The notes: generated from the sequence alone by a model not told the origin. A stretch of DNA of 64,000 nt from an uncultured delta proteobacterium (GCA_963843145.1 CAWJJC010000002.1:64001-128000); one strand, 5' to 3'; positions 12,799 to 23,640 are shown, counted from the stretch's first letter. Numbers and translations: made by a program.

Positions 12799-13573
12799 AT
12801 TCATACGCTATCTTTATCAGGAAAAAGAAGCCTACGGACTCCTGGAGAGCGAGGATCGAATCCGCCGGATTTCAGGGGATCCGTTCAGTGGCTATCAACC
12901 TGCCGGGGGGGCGTTGGCCCTGGCGGAGATTGAAATTCTACCTCCCTGCCGTCCCAGCAAGATCATTGCCGTGGGTCTGAACTACCGGGACCATGCCCGG
13001 GAATTCAATCTGGAAGTGCCGGCGGAACCCCTGATTTTCATGAAACCACCCTCGGCGGTCATCGCCGCTAACGAAAAGATCATTGTCCCGGCCATGAGCC
13101 GGCAGGTCGATTACGAAGCCGAATTGGCGGTCATTATCGGCCGAAGCTGTCGAAATGTCTCCCGGGAAGAGGCTTTTTTAACCATCCTGGGGTATGCCTG
13201 TCTGAATGATGTCACCGCCCGGGATCTGCAAACCAAAGACGGGCAATGGACCCGGGCCAAGAGTTTTGATACCTTCTGCCCGATCGGCCCCTGCCTGGTG
13301 ACCGGGATCGATCCCGGGGATCTGGCCGTCCAGTCTTACTTGAACGGAGAACTGCGCCAATCCTCCCGGACGAGCCAGTTGATTTTTCCCGTCCCGGAAC
13401 TGGTGGCGTTTATCTCCCGGGTCATGACCCTCTATCCGGGCGATATTATTTCCACGGGTACCCCCTCAGGCGTGGGCCCCATGAAAGCCGGAGACACTAT
13501 CGAAATCAGGGTTGAAAAAGTGGGGCGGCTGATCAATACCGTGGCGGCTGAAGGAACCCTTACAAATCGATAA
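12791..13573 (+). CDS. Fumarylacetoacetate hydrolase family protein
   Basis: GLNYRDHA, DYEAEL, NDVTARDLQ, WTRAKSFDTF and TGTPSGVG motifs. Confidence 0.92.
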   Translation: MPKFIRYLYQEKEAYGLLESEDRIRRISGDPFSGYQPAGGALALAEIEILPPCRPSKIIAVGLNYRDHAREFNLEVPAEPLIFMKPPSAVIAANEKIIVPAMSRQVDYEAELAVIIGRSCRNVSREEAFLTILGYACLNDVTARDLQTKDGQWTRAKSFDTFCPIGPCLVTGIDPGDLAVQSYLNGELRQSSRTSQLIFPVPELVAFISRVMTLYPGDIISTGTPSGVGPMKAGDTIEIRVEKVGRLINTVAAEGTLTNR

Positions 13574-13609
13574 CCAATAATCAATTATTAATTGTTAATG
13601 AAGGAGACT

Positions 13610-14788
13610 TTGTCTAAAATGGATTGGATAACCAAGGCCGAGCGGCTGCAGCAGTTGCCGCCCTATTTGTTCATGGAAATTGACCGTTTAAAGGCCGAGG
13701 TCCGGGCTAAGGGGGTGGATATTATCGACCTGGGAGTTGGTGATCCGGACCTGCCCACCCCGGAGCACATTCTGAAGCGACTGATTGAAGCGAGCCAGGA
13801 CCCCGCGAACCATCGTTATCCCTCCTATTCCGGGATGAATGACTTTCGAAGATCGGTAGCGGCCTGGTACCAACGCCGCTTTAACGTCACCTTGGACCCG
13901 GTGGAGGAGGTGGTCACCCTGATCGGTTCCAAGGAAGGGATCGCCCATTTCCCCCTGGCCTTCATCAATCCCGGTGACTACGCCCTGATGACCAGCCCCG
14001 GCTATCCGGTTTATTTCAGCGGGACCTTGTTTGCCGGAGGCCGGTCCTATTTCCTGCCTTTACGAAAAGAGAATCATTTCCTGCCCGATTTATCCCAAAT
14101 TCCGGGGGAAGTGCTTCGGCAGACCAAGGTCCTGTTCATCAATTACCCGAATAACCCTACGGGGGCGGTGGCCGACCGGTCTTTCTTTGAAGCGGTGGTG
14201 GCCTTCGCCCGGGAACACCGGATCATCGTCGGCCACGATGCCGCTTATTCGGAGATCGCCTATGACGGCTACCGGCCCTTAAGTTTTCTGGAGGTCCCGG
14301 GGGCCAAAGAGGTGGGGCTCGAGTTTCATTCCCTGTCCAAGACCTACAATATGACCGGCTGGCGCATCGGGTTTGCCGTAGGTAATGCCCAACTGATCGG
14401 CGGTTTGAGCCAGGTCAAAAGCAACATTGATTCCGGGGTCCCCCAGGCCATCCAATGGGCGGGTATTGAGGCACTGGAAGGTCCCCAATCCTGCCTGGAG
14501 GAAATGTTGACCGTTTATCGGATACGTCGGGATCTGATGGTCCGGGGATTACGACAAATCGGCTTGTCGCTCGATTCCCCTCAGGCCTCCTTCTATTTGT
14601 GGGTGGAAGTCCCCAAAGGATATACTTCCGCGCAGGCCAGCCTGCATTTGCTCCAGGAGGCCGGCATCGTGACCACTCCGGGCAACGGTTTTGGGGACCC
14701 GGGAGAAGGCTATTTTCGTATATCGCTGACTGTCTCCCAGGAAAGATTGGAGGAGGCGGTCGACCGCCTTAGTCGGGTCGGATTTTAA
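13610..14788 (+). CDS. dapL: LL-diaminopimelate aminotransferase
   Basis: Class I/II aminotransferase ([22 protein letters not shown]) with LIGSKEG, inside the dap cluster; start is TTG 13610 or ATG 13619. Confidence 0.85.
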   Translation: MSKMDWITKAERLQQLPPYLFMEIDRLKAEVRAKGVDIIDLGVGDPDLPTPEHILKRLIEASQDPANHRYPSYSGMNDFRRSVAAWYQRRFNVTLDPVEEVVTLIGSKEGIAHFPLAFINPGDYALMTSPGYPVYFSGTLFAGGRSYFLPLRKENHFLPDLSQIPGEVLRQTKVLFINYPNNPTGAVADRSFFEAVVAFAREHRIIVGHDAAYSEIAYDGYRPLSFLEVPGAKEVGLEFHSLSKTYNMTGWRIGFAVGNAQLIGGLSQVKSNIDSGVPQAIQWAGIEALEGPQSCLEEMLTVYRIRRDLMVRGLRQIGLSLDSPQASFYLWVEVPKGYTSAQASLHLLQEAGIVTTPGNGFGDPGEGYFRISLTVSQERLEEAVDRLSRVGF

Positions 14789-15293
14789 TGGGCCGCCATC
14801 GGGTTTTCATTGCCCTGGGGTCCAACCGGGGGAATAAAAAAAAAATTGCGAACAGGCCCTGGAATGGCTGACTGAGGGACCCAATAATCGTATTTTGCGG
14901 AAATCCTCCTGGTACCTGACCCGTCCGGTGGGGTTGGACGATCCGGAATGGTTCATCAATGGGGTTATTCTACTGGAAACCGGGCAGTCGCCGAGGGAAC
15001 TGTTGGAAACACTGCTGAAAATTGAAAGCCGGCTGGGCCGGGAGCGGACCATAAAATGGGGTCCTCGGACCATGGACTTGGATATCCTGTTTTTTGATGA
15101 TCGGGTGATTCGGGAGGTCGACCTGGTCATCCCGCATCCCGAACTGGAAAAAAGACGCTTTGTGTTGGACCCTTTGGAGGAAATTGCCCCCGATCTGATT
15201 CATCCGGGGTTTAATAAAACCATCAAGGAATTAAAGATAGGTCTGGAGACCGGCGGGCAGGAGATTATGAAATTGCCGGTAGTTAAGGAATAA
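14788..15293 (+). CDS. folK: Hydroxymethyldihydropterin pyrophosphokinase, frameshifted in an A10 run at 14836-14845
   Basis: FIALGSN from ATG 14788; WGPRTMDLDIL and PHP in the second frame; one extra A restores the frame. Confidence 0.9.
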
Positions 15294-15366
15294 GCACCAC
15301 TTAGTTCGAAATTTGGATTTTCCAACCAAGAAAATTGAATAATTGGTTAGATTTTTGGTTTAAATA

Positions 15367-15639
15367 ATGCTGAAATGGATTATAATTTTAATTGCGCTTT
15401 ATCTGGCCTACCGGTTTGTCCGCCGAAGCGTGATTATTAAAGCACCCCCGGGAAAAAGTGCGCCGGCGGAAATACAGGACGAGATGGTTCAGGACCCGGT
15501 CTGCAAAACGTATGTGCCCAAGCGACTGGCCCTGGAAGGGAGCCGGTCAGACGGAATGAAGGTTTATTTTTGCAGCCCGGAATGTCGGGATAACTATTTA
15601 ATTAAAGAAAAAACCGCCGCAACCGAAAAGAAGGAATAG
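15367..15639 (+). CDS. Membrane-anchored YHS/TRASH-domain protein
   Basis: N-terminal TM helix; MVQDPVC...YFCSPEC motif. Confidence 0.8.
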   Translation: MLKWIIILIALYLAYRFVRRSVIIKAPPGKSAPAEIQDEMVQDPVCKTYVPKRLALEGSRSDGMKVYFCSPECRDNYLIKEKTAATEKKE

Positions 15640-15656
15640 GCCGGAAAGGGTTCGAA

Positions 15657-16307
15657 ATGAAATTTTTTATTGATAGCGCCAACTTGAAAGAGATTGAAGC
15701 CGCCGTGGAACTGGGCCTGGTGGATGGCGTCACGACTAATCCCAGCCTGCTTTCCCAGGAACAGGGTAAGCCTCTGGAAATATTTAAAAAAATATGTCAA
15801 AGGGTCAACGGACCGGTCAATGCCGAAGTGGTTTCGGAGGAAGCCCCGGGGATGATTAAAGAGGGCCAATCCCTGGCCCGGATTCATAAAAACATCTGTG
15901 TGAAGATTCCCATGACCACGGAAGGCCTGAAGGCGGTAAAAAAACTTTCCGGTCTAGGGATTCCGACCAACGTTACGCTGATTTTTTCACCGATCCAGGC
16001 CCTACTGGCCGCCAAGGCCGGGGCGGCCTATGTCAGCCCCTTCGTCGGACGCCTGGATGATATCGCTCAGGATGGTATGGAACTGGTCGATCAGATCGTG
16101 ACCATTTATAATAATTACGGCTTTGAAACCGAAGTTATCGTCGCTTCCGTACGAAATCCGGTCCATGTTCTGACCGCGGCCCTGATGGGGGCCGATATTG
16201 CCACCATTCCCTATAAGGTCCTCATTCAATTAGCCAATCATCCCTTGACCACCATCGGCCTGAAGAAATTTTTGGAAGATTGGAATAAAATCCCGAAAAA
16301 AAAATAG
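15657..16307 (+). CDS. fsa: Transaldolase / fructose-6-phosphate aldolase family protein
   Basis: [12 protein letters not shown] and [11 protein letters not shown] motifs. Confidence 0.9.
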   Translation: MKFFIDSANLKEIEAAVELGLVDGVTTNPSLLSQEQGKPLEIFKKICQRVNGPVNAEVVSEEAPGMIKEGQSLARIHKNICVKIPMTTEGLKAVKKLSGLGIPTNVTLIFSPIQALLAAKAGAAYVSPFVGRLDDIAQDGMELVDQIVTIYNNYGFETEVIVASVRNPVHVLTAALMGADIATIPYKVLIQLANHPLTTIGLKKFLEDWNKIPKKK

Positions 16308-16311
16308 CCCT

Positions 16312-16968
16312 ATGAGCAATAAAGTCCGATTCACAGCCGTTATTTTTACTCTGTTGACTCTCCTCGCGGTCTTCCTGCCCGTCCCCTCCCGGGGGGATAT
16401 TTATCGGCATCAGGACGAGAACGGCGTCATCTATTTTACCAATGTGCCGAACGATTCCCGATACCGGCTATTTTTGAAGGAGGTTCAAAAGGCGACCGGG
16501 ACAGTTCCGGGTAAGGTGTCCGCCAAAGGGCTGCCTCCCCTCATGCCCGCGTACGCCCATTATCTGCCCGAGATAGGCCAGCACATTGCGGAGGCCGCCA
16601 AATACTATGAACTGGACCAGAAGTTGATCCAGGCCGTCATCCAGGTGGAATCCAATAACAACCCCCTAGCGGTTTCCCCGAAAGGGGCGCAGGGGCTGAT
16701 GCAGCTTATGCCCGGAACGGCCAAGGACCTCCAGGTGGGAGATCCTTTTAACCCCCGGGAGAATATTAACGGCGGCTCCCGCTATTTGCGTTACCTGCTG
16801 GATCTGTTCAACAACAACCTGGATCTGGCTTTAGCCGCCTATAACGCCGGGCCGGAACGGGTGAACCAGCATCGGGGCATTCCTCCCTACCTGGAAACCC
16901 GCAATTATGTTCAGAAGGTGATGCAAAAATATCACTCCTTAAAAGGGGATGTTCCTTCTTCCTGGTAA
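16312..16968 (+). CDS. Lytic transglycosylase (SLT domain) with N-terminal DUF4124-like region
   Basis: [24 protein letters not shown] and ETRNYV motifs; signal peptide. Confidence 0.92.
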   Translation: MSNKVRFTAVIFTLLTLLAVFLPVPSRGDIYRHQDENGVIYFTNVPNDSRYRLFLKEVQKATGTVPGKVSAKGLPPLMPAYAHYLPEIGQHIAEAAKYYELDQKLIQAVIQVESNNNPLAVSPKGAQGLMQLMPGTAKDLQVGDPFNPRENINGGSRYLRYLLDLFNNNLDLALAAYNAGPERVNQHRGIPPYLETRNYVQKVMQKYHSLKGDVPSSW

Positions 16969-17577
16969 ATGGTGAGCCTCGTGTCACCGAACGGCTCCCG
17001 GCCTTCCTCCGACCCCTCGGTAGTTAATCTTTCCAATTCCCTGACGGTCCTGCGGATCGTGGCGATTCCCTTTATCCTGGTTTTGATGCAGGCGGATACC
17101 CCCCCGTCCGGTCTTTACGCCACCGGAGTTTTCATCGCGGCCTTTATTACCGATTGGTTGGACGGTTTTATCGCCCGGAAGAAAAATCAGGTCACCCGGT
17201 TCGGCAAGATGTTAGACCCCCTGGCCGATAAATTGCTTATCGGCAGCGCGCTCATTATGTTAATTAGTCTGGATCGGGTGCCGGTCTGGATGGTCATTGT
17301 GATTATCAGCCGAGAGATCGCCGTAACCTGGCTCAGGGCCAGCCTGGCCGGGAAAGGGTTCATTCTGGCCGCCGACCGCTGGGGGAAAAACAAGACCTTT
17401 TTTCAGGCCCTGTCCCTGATCCCACTGATCATTTATTATCCCTATTTCGGCCTGGACCTTCACCGGGTGGGCATGGTGTTTCTCTGGATCGCCCTGGCGC
17501 TGACGGTCTGGTCCGGCCTGCTTTATTTTTATCGCTATTTTCCGATGCTGATGGGGGGAAACGGGAAAAGTACCTAG
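16969..17577 (+). CDS. pgsA: CDP-diacylglycerol--glycerol-3-phosphate 3-phosphatidyltransferase
   Basis: DWLDGFIAR...GKMLDPLADK motif; followed by tRNA-Gly and tRNA-Cys. Confidence 0.93.
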   Translation: MVSLVSPNGSRPSSDPSVVNLSNSLTVLRIVAIPFILVLMQADTPPSGLYATGVFIAAFITDWLDGFIARKKNQVTRFGKMLDPLADKLLIGSALIMLISLDRVPVWMVIVIISREIAVTWLRASLAGKGFILAADRWGKNKTFFQALSLIPLIIYYPYFGLDLHRVGMVFLWIALALTVWSGLLYFYRYFPMLMGGNGKST

Positions 17578-17667
17578 CCAAAAATATTTGAAATATTTTT
17601 GGCTGAAATAAAAACCACTGCGACAAATTCTCAGAACAATGGATGTCAGAATCTAACGTTTTTTCCT

Positions 17668-17696
17668 TTGACAAAATAAACCGGTTGGCCTATATT
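17668..17696 (+). promoter_or_regulatory. Sigma70-type promoter of the tRNA operon
   Basis: TTGACA-17 bp-TATATT ending 10 nt upstream of tRNA-Gly. Confidence 0.75.
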
Positions 17697-17706
17697 AAGG
17701 GGCTAA

Positions 17707-17781
<75 letters not shown>

Positions 17782-17823
17782 TTTTTTAATTTATTTCCAA
17801 CCTGTTACCCCCTGGAGATCCAG

Positions 17824-17899
17824 GGCGGCATAGCCAAGTGGCTAAGGCAGCGGTCTGCAAAACCGTTATTCACCGGTTCGAGTCCGGTTGCCGCCTCCA
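17824..17899 (+). tRNA. tRNA-Cys (GCA)
   Basis: GGCGGCA...TGCCGCC-TCCA; anticodon loop CTGCAAA; GGTTCGAGTCC T-arm. Confidence 0.97.
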
Positions 17900-17900
17900 A

Positions 17901-17954
17901 ACAGAAATTAAAGAGGGGCTGACCTCTAACGGTCAGCCCCTCTTTAATTTCTGT
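17901..17954. terminator. Perfect 24-bp hairpin, probably the terminator after the tRNAs
   Basis: ACAGAAATTAAAGAGGGGCTGACC-tctaac-GGTCAGCCCCTCTTTAATTTCTGT. Confidence 0.8.
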
Positions 17955-17960
17955 CATCCA

Positions 17961-17989
17961 TTGACTTGAAAGACCTTTTCCCTTAAGAT
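17961..17989 (+). promoter_or_regulatory. Sigma70-type promoter, possibly leaderless
   Basis: TTGACT-17 bp-TAAGAT ending 6 nt before ATG 17996; no Shine-Dalgarno. Confidence 0.5.
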
Positions 17990-17995
17990 CAACCT

Positions 17996-18850
17996 ATGCG
18001 AAAATGGGTCCTGATCCTGTTGAGCCTCATTTTATCTTGGACCTGGATGTTACTGCCTTCAAGTGCGGAGGTCCAACCGCCGGGACCGCCCTGGAAGGAA
18101 TTGGCCCCGGGGCTTTCCTTTTACCGCTGGCCGGTCCAGTCCCGATCCGAGGCGGTGGTCCTGGACGTCATCACCATCCTGCGCTTTAAACCCGACCAGT
18201 GGGCCTTCAAAGTCTTCTATAGCCACACGCCAAAAACTATTCAGGAATGGCGACTGGCCACCAATGCCCCCATCGTCTGCAACGGGGGATTCTATCAGGA
18301 AGATTTTAAGCCGGCCGGTCGCATCCTGGTCAATGGCGTTTCCATCGGACCCCTGAAGAACAGTTCCATGAAGGGTATGTTTTTGGCTGAACCCAAAAAG
18401 GGATTTGAGCAAATCCCGAAGGCCAGGCTGATTGACCTGAAAGAAGCTTCCAGCGAAGAAACCGCTGCTCAATACGATCAGGGAATCCAATCCTTCCCGA
18501 TTCTGCTGGATCCCAAAGGGCAGGTGCGCGTAAATCCCAGTAATTTCCAGGCCAATCGCACGGTAATTGCCCAGGACCGGCAGGGGAATATCCTGGTCTT
18601 GATTACGGAGAAACCTTATTTTACGCTCTATCAATTGGGACAGTACCTTAAAAAAATGCCCCTCTCCTTGAGTTTCGCCCTAAATCTGGACGGAGGTAAC
18701 CGAACCCAGTTGACCGTTCGGCTTAAAGATTTTAGTTACAAGCATACGGGATTGGAGGGAACTCCGGAAGCCTCTCTTCTTTTTTTTCCGGATGGAACCG
18801 CTAAATTGCCTTCGGTGATCGGGATCTTTCCCCGAGGGGGTGCTTTTTGA
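17996..18850 (+). CDS. Secreted phosphodiester glycosidase (NAGPA-like) family protein
   Basis: Signal peptide; NGGFY, RTVIA and ALNLDGG motifs. Confidence 0.8.
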   Translation: MRKWVLILLSLILSWTWMLLPSSAEVQPPGPPWKELAPGLSFYRWPVQSRSEAVVLDVITILRFKPDQWAFKVFYSHTPKTIQEWRLATNAPIVCNGGFYQEDFKPAGRILVNGVSIGPLKNSSMKGMFLAEPKKGFEQIPKARLIDLKEASSEETAAQYDQGIQSFPILLDPKGQVRVNPSNFQANRTVIAQDRQGNILVLITEKPYFTLYQLGQYLKKMPLSLSFALNLDGGNRTQLTVRLKDFSYKHTGLEGTPEASLLFFPDGTAKLPSVIGIFPRGGAF

Positions 18851-19488
18851 TTCAGGTTTTTATCGTCGGTTTCGGAAAATTCGGCCAATTGGCCTTGCCG
18901 AAAATCAGTAGGCGGTGGCCCGAAGCCCGGATCTGGATTGTGGATCCGGTCCCGGAACATTTGACTCAGGGTGGGAGATTTTCGGCCGTCAGGGTGCTGG
19001 ATAAAGGAGAGGATTTCCTCTGGAAACATCAGGATCAATTGGCGCCCGAAGATTGGATCATCCCGGCCGTACCCTTTCACCTGGCCGGGGACTGGTTCAA
19101 AAGGGTTCTCTCCCGAAACGGGACGGTCAGGAAAATTAATCCTCCTCGGAATCTGGGCAAGGGATTGCCTTTTACCCTGTATCTCAAAAAGGACTTCTAC
19201 GTCAGCCTGGCGGATTTTGTCTGCCCGGAGAATTGCCCTTCTCCACAGGGAATCTGTTTTAAAACCCGGGACCCGAGGCCCCAACGGCTCCGGGAAATTC
19301 TGGCCGCTCAGCCCTTGTCCCGGGGGACTTTGGAGATCATTGAGAGCCAGCAACTGGCTCCTGGTTTGGGAGGGTTTACTTTCGAGGAATTGAAACGGAC
19401 CGAGGAAATTCTCCGTCGGACCGACCCCCCCTTGTTTCTGGCCACTACCTGTCCCTGTCATGGGGTAATTAGCGGATTTACTTGGTGA
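18847..19488 (+). CDS. Hypothetical protein with N-terminal Rossmann motif and Cys-rich motifs
   Basis: VGFGKFG; CPENCP..C and TTCPCHGV; overlaps the upstream stop. Confidence 0.7.
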   Translation: MIQVFIVGFGKFGQLALPKISRRWPEARIWIVDPVPEHLTQGGRFSAVRVLDKGEDFLWKHQDQLAPEDWIIPAVPFHLAGDWFKRVLSRNGTVRKINPPRNLGKGLPFTLYLKKDFYVSLADFVCPENCPSPQGICFKTRDPRPQRLREILAAQPLSRGTLEIIESQQLAPGLGGFTFEELKRTEEILRRTDPPLFLATTCPCHGVISGFTW

Positions 19489-19603
19489 CTTGAATCGCTT
19501 TCCCTTGACTTTTCGTCGGCCAACTGCTATTCATCTATTTAAATTTAATTGAAATTTTCAAGCGAACCGTAACAAAATTCTTGTACAGGAAAGGAGTCTT
19601 ATC

Positions 19604-20083
19604 ATGAGAATTTTTTCAGGCAGAGGGTATGTAGGACTGGCTGTTTTAGGGTTGACCTTGATCGCCTTTCTCTCGGGGTGCGGCAGTGTCTTGCAGGAAC
19701 AGAAGAAAGAGGGGGCGACCGTCACAGCGCCGCAGGTCTCCAAAAAGGCCGATCTCCCCAATGCCCGCTATTATGACTTTGACGATATCCAAATCCCCAA
19801 TGAACTTTCGATGAATGCCGACAAGTCCAAAATTTTCCAAACCCCTAATATGACCGCCGGTTTGTTGGTCCTGAACGGAAATGTGGATGTGAAATCCCTG
19901 GTCGATTTTTTTAAAGGTAGCATGGCCCGGGACAACTGGCAGATGAAAGGCAATTTTCAACTGCCTCCCAAATCGGTCCTGCTTTTTGAAAAGAAAAACA
20001 AGCGTTGCGTCATCATGATCGAGGACAACACCTTCAGTACCCGGGTGGATGTCTGGTCCATTCCGGTGGCCAGCGGGCAGTAG
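19604..20083 (+). CDS. Hypothetical lipoprotein
   Basis: AGGAG RBS; lipobox LSGC. Confidence 0.8.
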   Translation: MRIFSGRGYVGLAVLGLTLIAFLSGCGSVLQEQKKEGATVTAPQVSKKADLPNARYYDFDDIQIPNELSMNADKSKIFQTPNMTAGLLVLNGNVDVKSLVDFFKGSMARDNWQMKGNFQLPPKSVLLFEKKNKRCVIMIEDNTFSTRVDVWSIPVASGQ

Positions 20084-20160
20084 CCGAGTCTGGTAGTGAG
20101 CCTCGAAACCGAGTTTGAGTGTGGCGGTGGCTAAAAATTAGTTGCTTACACAAGGACCTA

Positions 20161-20332
20161 AAAATTCGAAATACGAAGCACGAAATTCGAAACAAGCACG
20201 AAGTTCCAAAATCTCAATGTTCGAAACAGGAACGTTTTGAATTTTAAAATTTGAACATTTGAATTTGTTTCGGATTTCGAAATTCGGATTTCGAGTTTAA
20301 GCCGAAAAATAAAATATTTTTGGTTAGATACT
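20161..20332. repeat. Inverted heptamer-repeat array (AAATTCG/CGAAATT type) with trailing small hairpin
   Basis: aaattcgaaatacgaagcacgaaattcgaaac ... gtttcggatttcgaaattcggatttcgagttt; near-identical core at 50183-50250. Confidence 0.8.
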
Positions 20333-20339
20333 GGGGAAA

Positions 20340-21545
20340 ATGCACCTTTTCAAGGGGCTGAAAATAGTCCTAGGGGTTACCGGAGGGATCGCCGCCTACA
20401 AGGCCGTGGAATTGCTTCGCCGACTCACGGATTTGGAAAGCCGGGTGGCGGTAATAATGACCCGCAATGCCCAGCGATTTATCGCTCCCTTAACCTTCCA
20501 GGCCCTGACTCCCGAGGGGGTCTACACCGAACTTTTTGATGCCTATCGGCCCGGGGCGATGGATCATATCCAATTGGCCCAGTGGTCGGATCTGGTGGTC
20601 CTGGCCCCGGCCACGGCCAATAGTATCGGCAAAGCGGCCAACGGCCTGGCGGACGACCTCCTGTCCACTTTTCTTTTGGCCTGTCCGGCCCCCAAGCTTT
20701 TTTGCCCGGCCATGAACGTCCGCATGTACGAAAATCCGGGGGTCCAGGCCAATCTCAGTCTTTTGAAAGAACGGGGAGGGGCGGTTTGTGAACCGGCCGC
20801 CGGCCTTCTGGCCTGCGGGGATACGGGGAAAGGCCGTTTGGCAGATCTGGAAGATATCCTGGAGGCCATGCTAGACCTGTTGTCGCCCCAGGATCTTCAA
20901 GGAGAGCGGATTTTGATTACCACCGGCTGTACCCGGGAGGCCATCGATCCGATCAGGTTTTTAACCAATTATTCCACCGGAAAAATGGGTTTCGCCCTGG
21001 CCAGAGTGGCCAGACGGAGAGGCGCCGAGGTCACCCTGATCAGCGGACCCACCCATCTCCCGCCTCCCAAAGGCATTACCCACCTGCCGGTGGTTACCGC
21101 CCGGGAGATGGAAAAAGCGGTACTGGAAGCCTTTCCCCGGACGACGACAGTCATCAAGGCGGCTGCCGTTTCCGATTATCGGCCCGAACAACAAGCCAGC
21201 CAGAAAATTAAAAAGAGCTCCCAAAAGATGACGCTTTCAATGGTTCCTAATCCGGATATCCTTAAACGACTGGGTCGAATGAAACAGGGGCAATTTCTCG
21301 TCGGATTCGCGGCGGAGACCGATCACCTGCTGCAAAACGCCGGAAAAAAACTCAAAGAAAAAAATCTGGACCTGATGGTGGCCAACCCGATCGGGGTCCC
21401 CGGGGCGGGATTCGGCAGTGAGACCAATCGGGTCCATTTCCTCTACCCCGGTGGGCGAAAGGAATCTTTACCTCAGATGTCCAAGGAAGAAGTGGCCTAT
21501 CAAATCTTCGACCGGGTCCTCCAATTAAAACGAGCGGGAGGGTGA
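20340..21545 (+). CDS. coaBC: Phosphopantothenoylcysteine decarboxylase/ligase
   Basis: GVTGGIAAYK, PAMN, LACGD.G.GR, NYSTGKMG, AAVSDY and GFAAET motifs. Confidence 0.96.
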   Translation: MHLFKGLKIVLGVTGGIAAYKAVELLRRLTDLESRVAVIMTRNAQRFIAPLTFQALTPEGVYTELFDAYRPGAMDHIQLAQWSDLVVLAPATANSIGKAANGLADDLLSTFLLACPAPKLFCPAMNVRMYENPGVQANLSLLKERGGAVCEPAAGLLACGDTGKGRLADLEDILEAMLDLLSPQDLQGERILITTGCTREAIDPIRFLTNYSTGKMGFALARVARRRGAEVTLISGPTHLPPPKGITHLPVVTAREMEKAVLEAFPRTTTVIKAAAVSDYRPEQQASQKIKKSSQKMTLSMVPNPDILKRLGRMKQGQFLVGFAAETDHLLQNAGKKLKEKNLDLMVANPIGVPGAGFGSETNRVHFLYPGGRKESLPQMSKEEVAYQIFDRVLQLKRAGG

Positions 21546-21569
21546 TCCCTGCCGGTAGGAAAGGTCTAT

Positions 21570-22274
21570 TTGAGTTATCAGACTGCCAAAACAGTCTCCG
21601 CACTGATCGTTAGTCTGGAGAATGAAAAGTCACGGGGACGAAGGTTTATTGGATTGGGTCCGGGCGGACGGGAAGTCTTGGCTTCCTGGCGAGGGGGGCC
21701 GGTTTGTTTCCAGACGCTGGAAGGACTGACGGAGGGCGTTCAGCGTTGTCGCCGCTGTTCGCTTTTTCGGGGTCGCACCCGGGCTGTCCCCGGTGAAGGC
21801 CCTCCTCAAGCCAAGATCATGCTTGTGGGGGAGGGGCCGGGGGCGGAAGAAGATCGGGAAGGCCGACCCTTTGTGGGCCCGGCCGGGCAGCTTTTAACTA
21901 AAATGCTCCAGGCGATTCACTTGGACCGCCAGGAGGTATTTATTACTAATCGAGTTAAATGCCGGCCCCCCGGGAACAGAAAACCGGAAGAGGGGGAGTT
22001 GAGGGCCTGTTTTCCTTACTTACAAGAGCAGATTCGATTGATCAAACCTATGATTTTGGTGGCCCTGGGGACCTTCGCCGCCCAGGGGTTGACCGGCTTG
22101 GATCGGAGCATTTCCACCCTCAGGGGGAAATCCTATTTTTTTCAGGATATTTTATGTGTTCCCACCTATCATCCGGCCTTTCTGCTGCGCAGCCCGGAGT
22201 TCAAACGCCAGGCCTGGGAAGACCTGCAGAAAATTCGTCGGGAGTATGATCGATTGACCGGATCGCTTAAATGA
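21570..22274 (+). CDS. Family 4 uracil-DNA glycosylase
   Basis: CRRCSL Fe-S ligands, GEGPG..ED..GRPFVG, KCRPP.NR and YHPA motifs. Confidence 0.92.
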   Translation: MSYQTAKTVSALIVSLENEKSRGRRFIGLGPGGREVLASWRGGPVCFQTLEGLTEGVQRCRRCSLFRGRTRAVPGEGPPQAKIMLVGEGPGAEEDREGRPFVGPAGQLLTKMLQAIHLDRQEVFITNRVKCRPPGNRKPEEGELRACFPYLQEQIRLIKPMILVALGTFAAQGLTGLDRSISTLRGKSYFFQDILCVPTYHPAFLLRSPEFKRQAWEDLQKIRREYDRLTGSLK

Positions 22275-23605
22275 TGATTAGAAATAGATTCTTCAAGACC
22301 ACCGCCATCTTGATTTTCTTGCTGAGTCTGCTGGCCGGCGGACCGGCCAGGGACCGGGCTTTTTCCGCGGAACAACCCCCGGGGAAATCCATCCCGGTGG
22401 TGACTCTGGCCGGATCCATCAATCCGGCGGTGGCCGAGTTCGTCGTCCGGCAGATCGCCAAGGCGGAAAAGGATAACGCCCCCGTCCTGGTCATTCAATT
22501 GGATACCCCGGGCGGTCTGGACACTTCCATGCGGGTTATCGTCCAGGGACTCCTCAATGCCCGGATCCCGGTGGTGGTTTTTGTGTCTCCCAGCGGCGCC
22601 CGGGCCGCCTCGGCCGGGGTGATGATCGTCCTGGCCGCGGACGTGGCCGCCATGGCTCCGGGAACCAATATCGGCGCCGCTTCACCGGTTAATATCGGGG
22701 GGAAAGATATCGAAAAGACCATGGCCCGGAAGGTGGAAAACGACATGGTGGCCTACGTGCGCAGCATCGCCGCCCAAAGGCAGCGAAACGCCGATTGGGC
22801 GGCCAGTGCCGTCTTAAAAAGCGAGTCCCTGCCGGCGGAAAAGGCCCTGGAACTGAAGGTAATTGACCTGATCGCCAAGGACCTCCCCGATCTGCTCCAA
22901 AAAATCGACGGCTGGCAGGTCACCACGGGCAAACAACCCAAGGTCATCAGGACCAAGGGAATCCCCGTGACCTATGTCCAGGAGGGGTTTCGGGACAAGG
23001 TCCTGAAGACGATCAGCGATCCCAACATTGCTTACCTGTTGATGATGCTCGGCACCATGGGGATTTTCTTTGAGTTACTGAACCCGGGGAACATCTTTCC
23101 CGGGGTGATCGGGGGCATCTCCCTGATCCTGGCCTTTTTCGCCTTGCAGACCCTGCCGGTAAATTTTGCCGGGATTCTTTTGATTCTGCTGGCCATCATC
23201 TTTTTTATTGCCGAGGTCAAAGTGATCAGTCATGGTGTGCTCTCCGTGGGGGGAGTCATCTCCCTCACCTTAGGGTCATTACTACTCTTTCGCACGGCCG
23301 ATTCCCATCTGGGAGTCGCCCTGGGTGTTCTGGTTCCGGTGGTCATCATCGTCTCCGCTTTTTTCCTGGCCGTGGCCTCCCTGGCCATCAGGGCCTACCA
23401 GAGAAAACCGCAGACCGGGGACCAGGGAATTTTGGGAGAAGTCGGCCGGGTGCGGCAACCTATCCGCCCGGAGGTTCCGGGAAAGGTCTTTGTCCACGGG
23501 GAGATCTGGAACGCGCGCTCCCTGGAAATCCTGGAAAGAGGAGAGATCGTGGAAGTGGTCGGCATCGATCATTTGTTGCTGACCGTAAAAAAAAGGGTCC
23601 GTTAG
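22271..23605 (+). CDS. nfeD: NfeD family membrane-bound serine protease (long form)
   Basis: LDTPGG, AASAG and TNIGAA motifs; TM block; C-terminal GEIW OB domain. Confidence 0.92.
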   Translation: MMIRNRFFKTTAILIFLLSLLAGGPARDRAFSAEQPPGKSIPVVTLAGSINPAVAEFVVRQIAKAEKDNAPVLVIQLDTPGGLDTSMRVIVQGLLNARIPVVVFVSPSGARAASAGVMIVLAADVAAMAPGTNIGAASPVNIGGKDIEKTMARKVENDMVAYVRSIAAQRQRNADWAASAVLKSESLPAEKALELKVIDLIAKDLPDLLQKIDGWQVTTGKQPKVIRTKGIPVTYVQEGFRDKVLKTISDPNIAYLLMMLGTMGIFFELLNPGNIFPGVIGGISLILAFFALQTLPVNFAGILLILLAIIFFIAEVKVISHGVLSVGGVISLTLGSLLLFRTADSHLGVALGVLVPVVIIVSAFFLAVASLAIRAYQRKPQTGDQGILGEVGRVRQPIRPEVPGKVFVHGEIWNARSLEILERGEIVEVVGIDHLLLTVKKRVR

Positions 23606-23640
23606 ACCAGAGGCTTTGAACCTTTTCAGAGGAGGATCGT

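Noticed and set aside
14836-14845. Phase-variable poly-A switch in folK
   Set aside because: folK is a housekeeping gene and other indels occur nearby, so homopolymer error is more parsimonious.
20161-20298. Repeat arrays as a CRISPR array
   Set aside because: The units are 7-nt tandem and inverted repeats with no unique spacers, and there are no cas genes.
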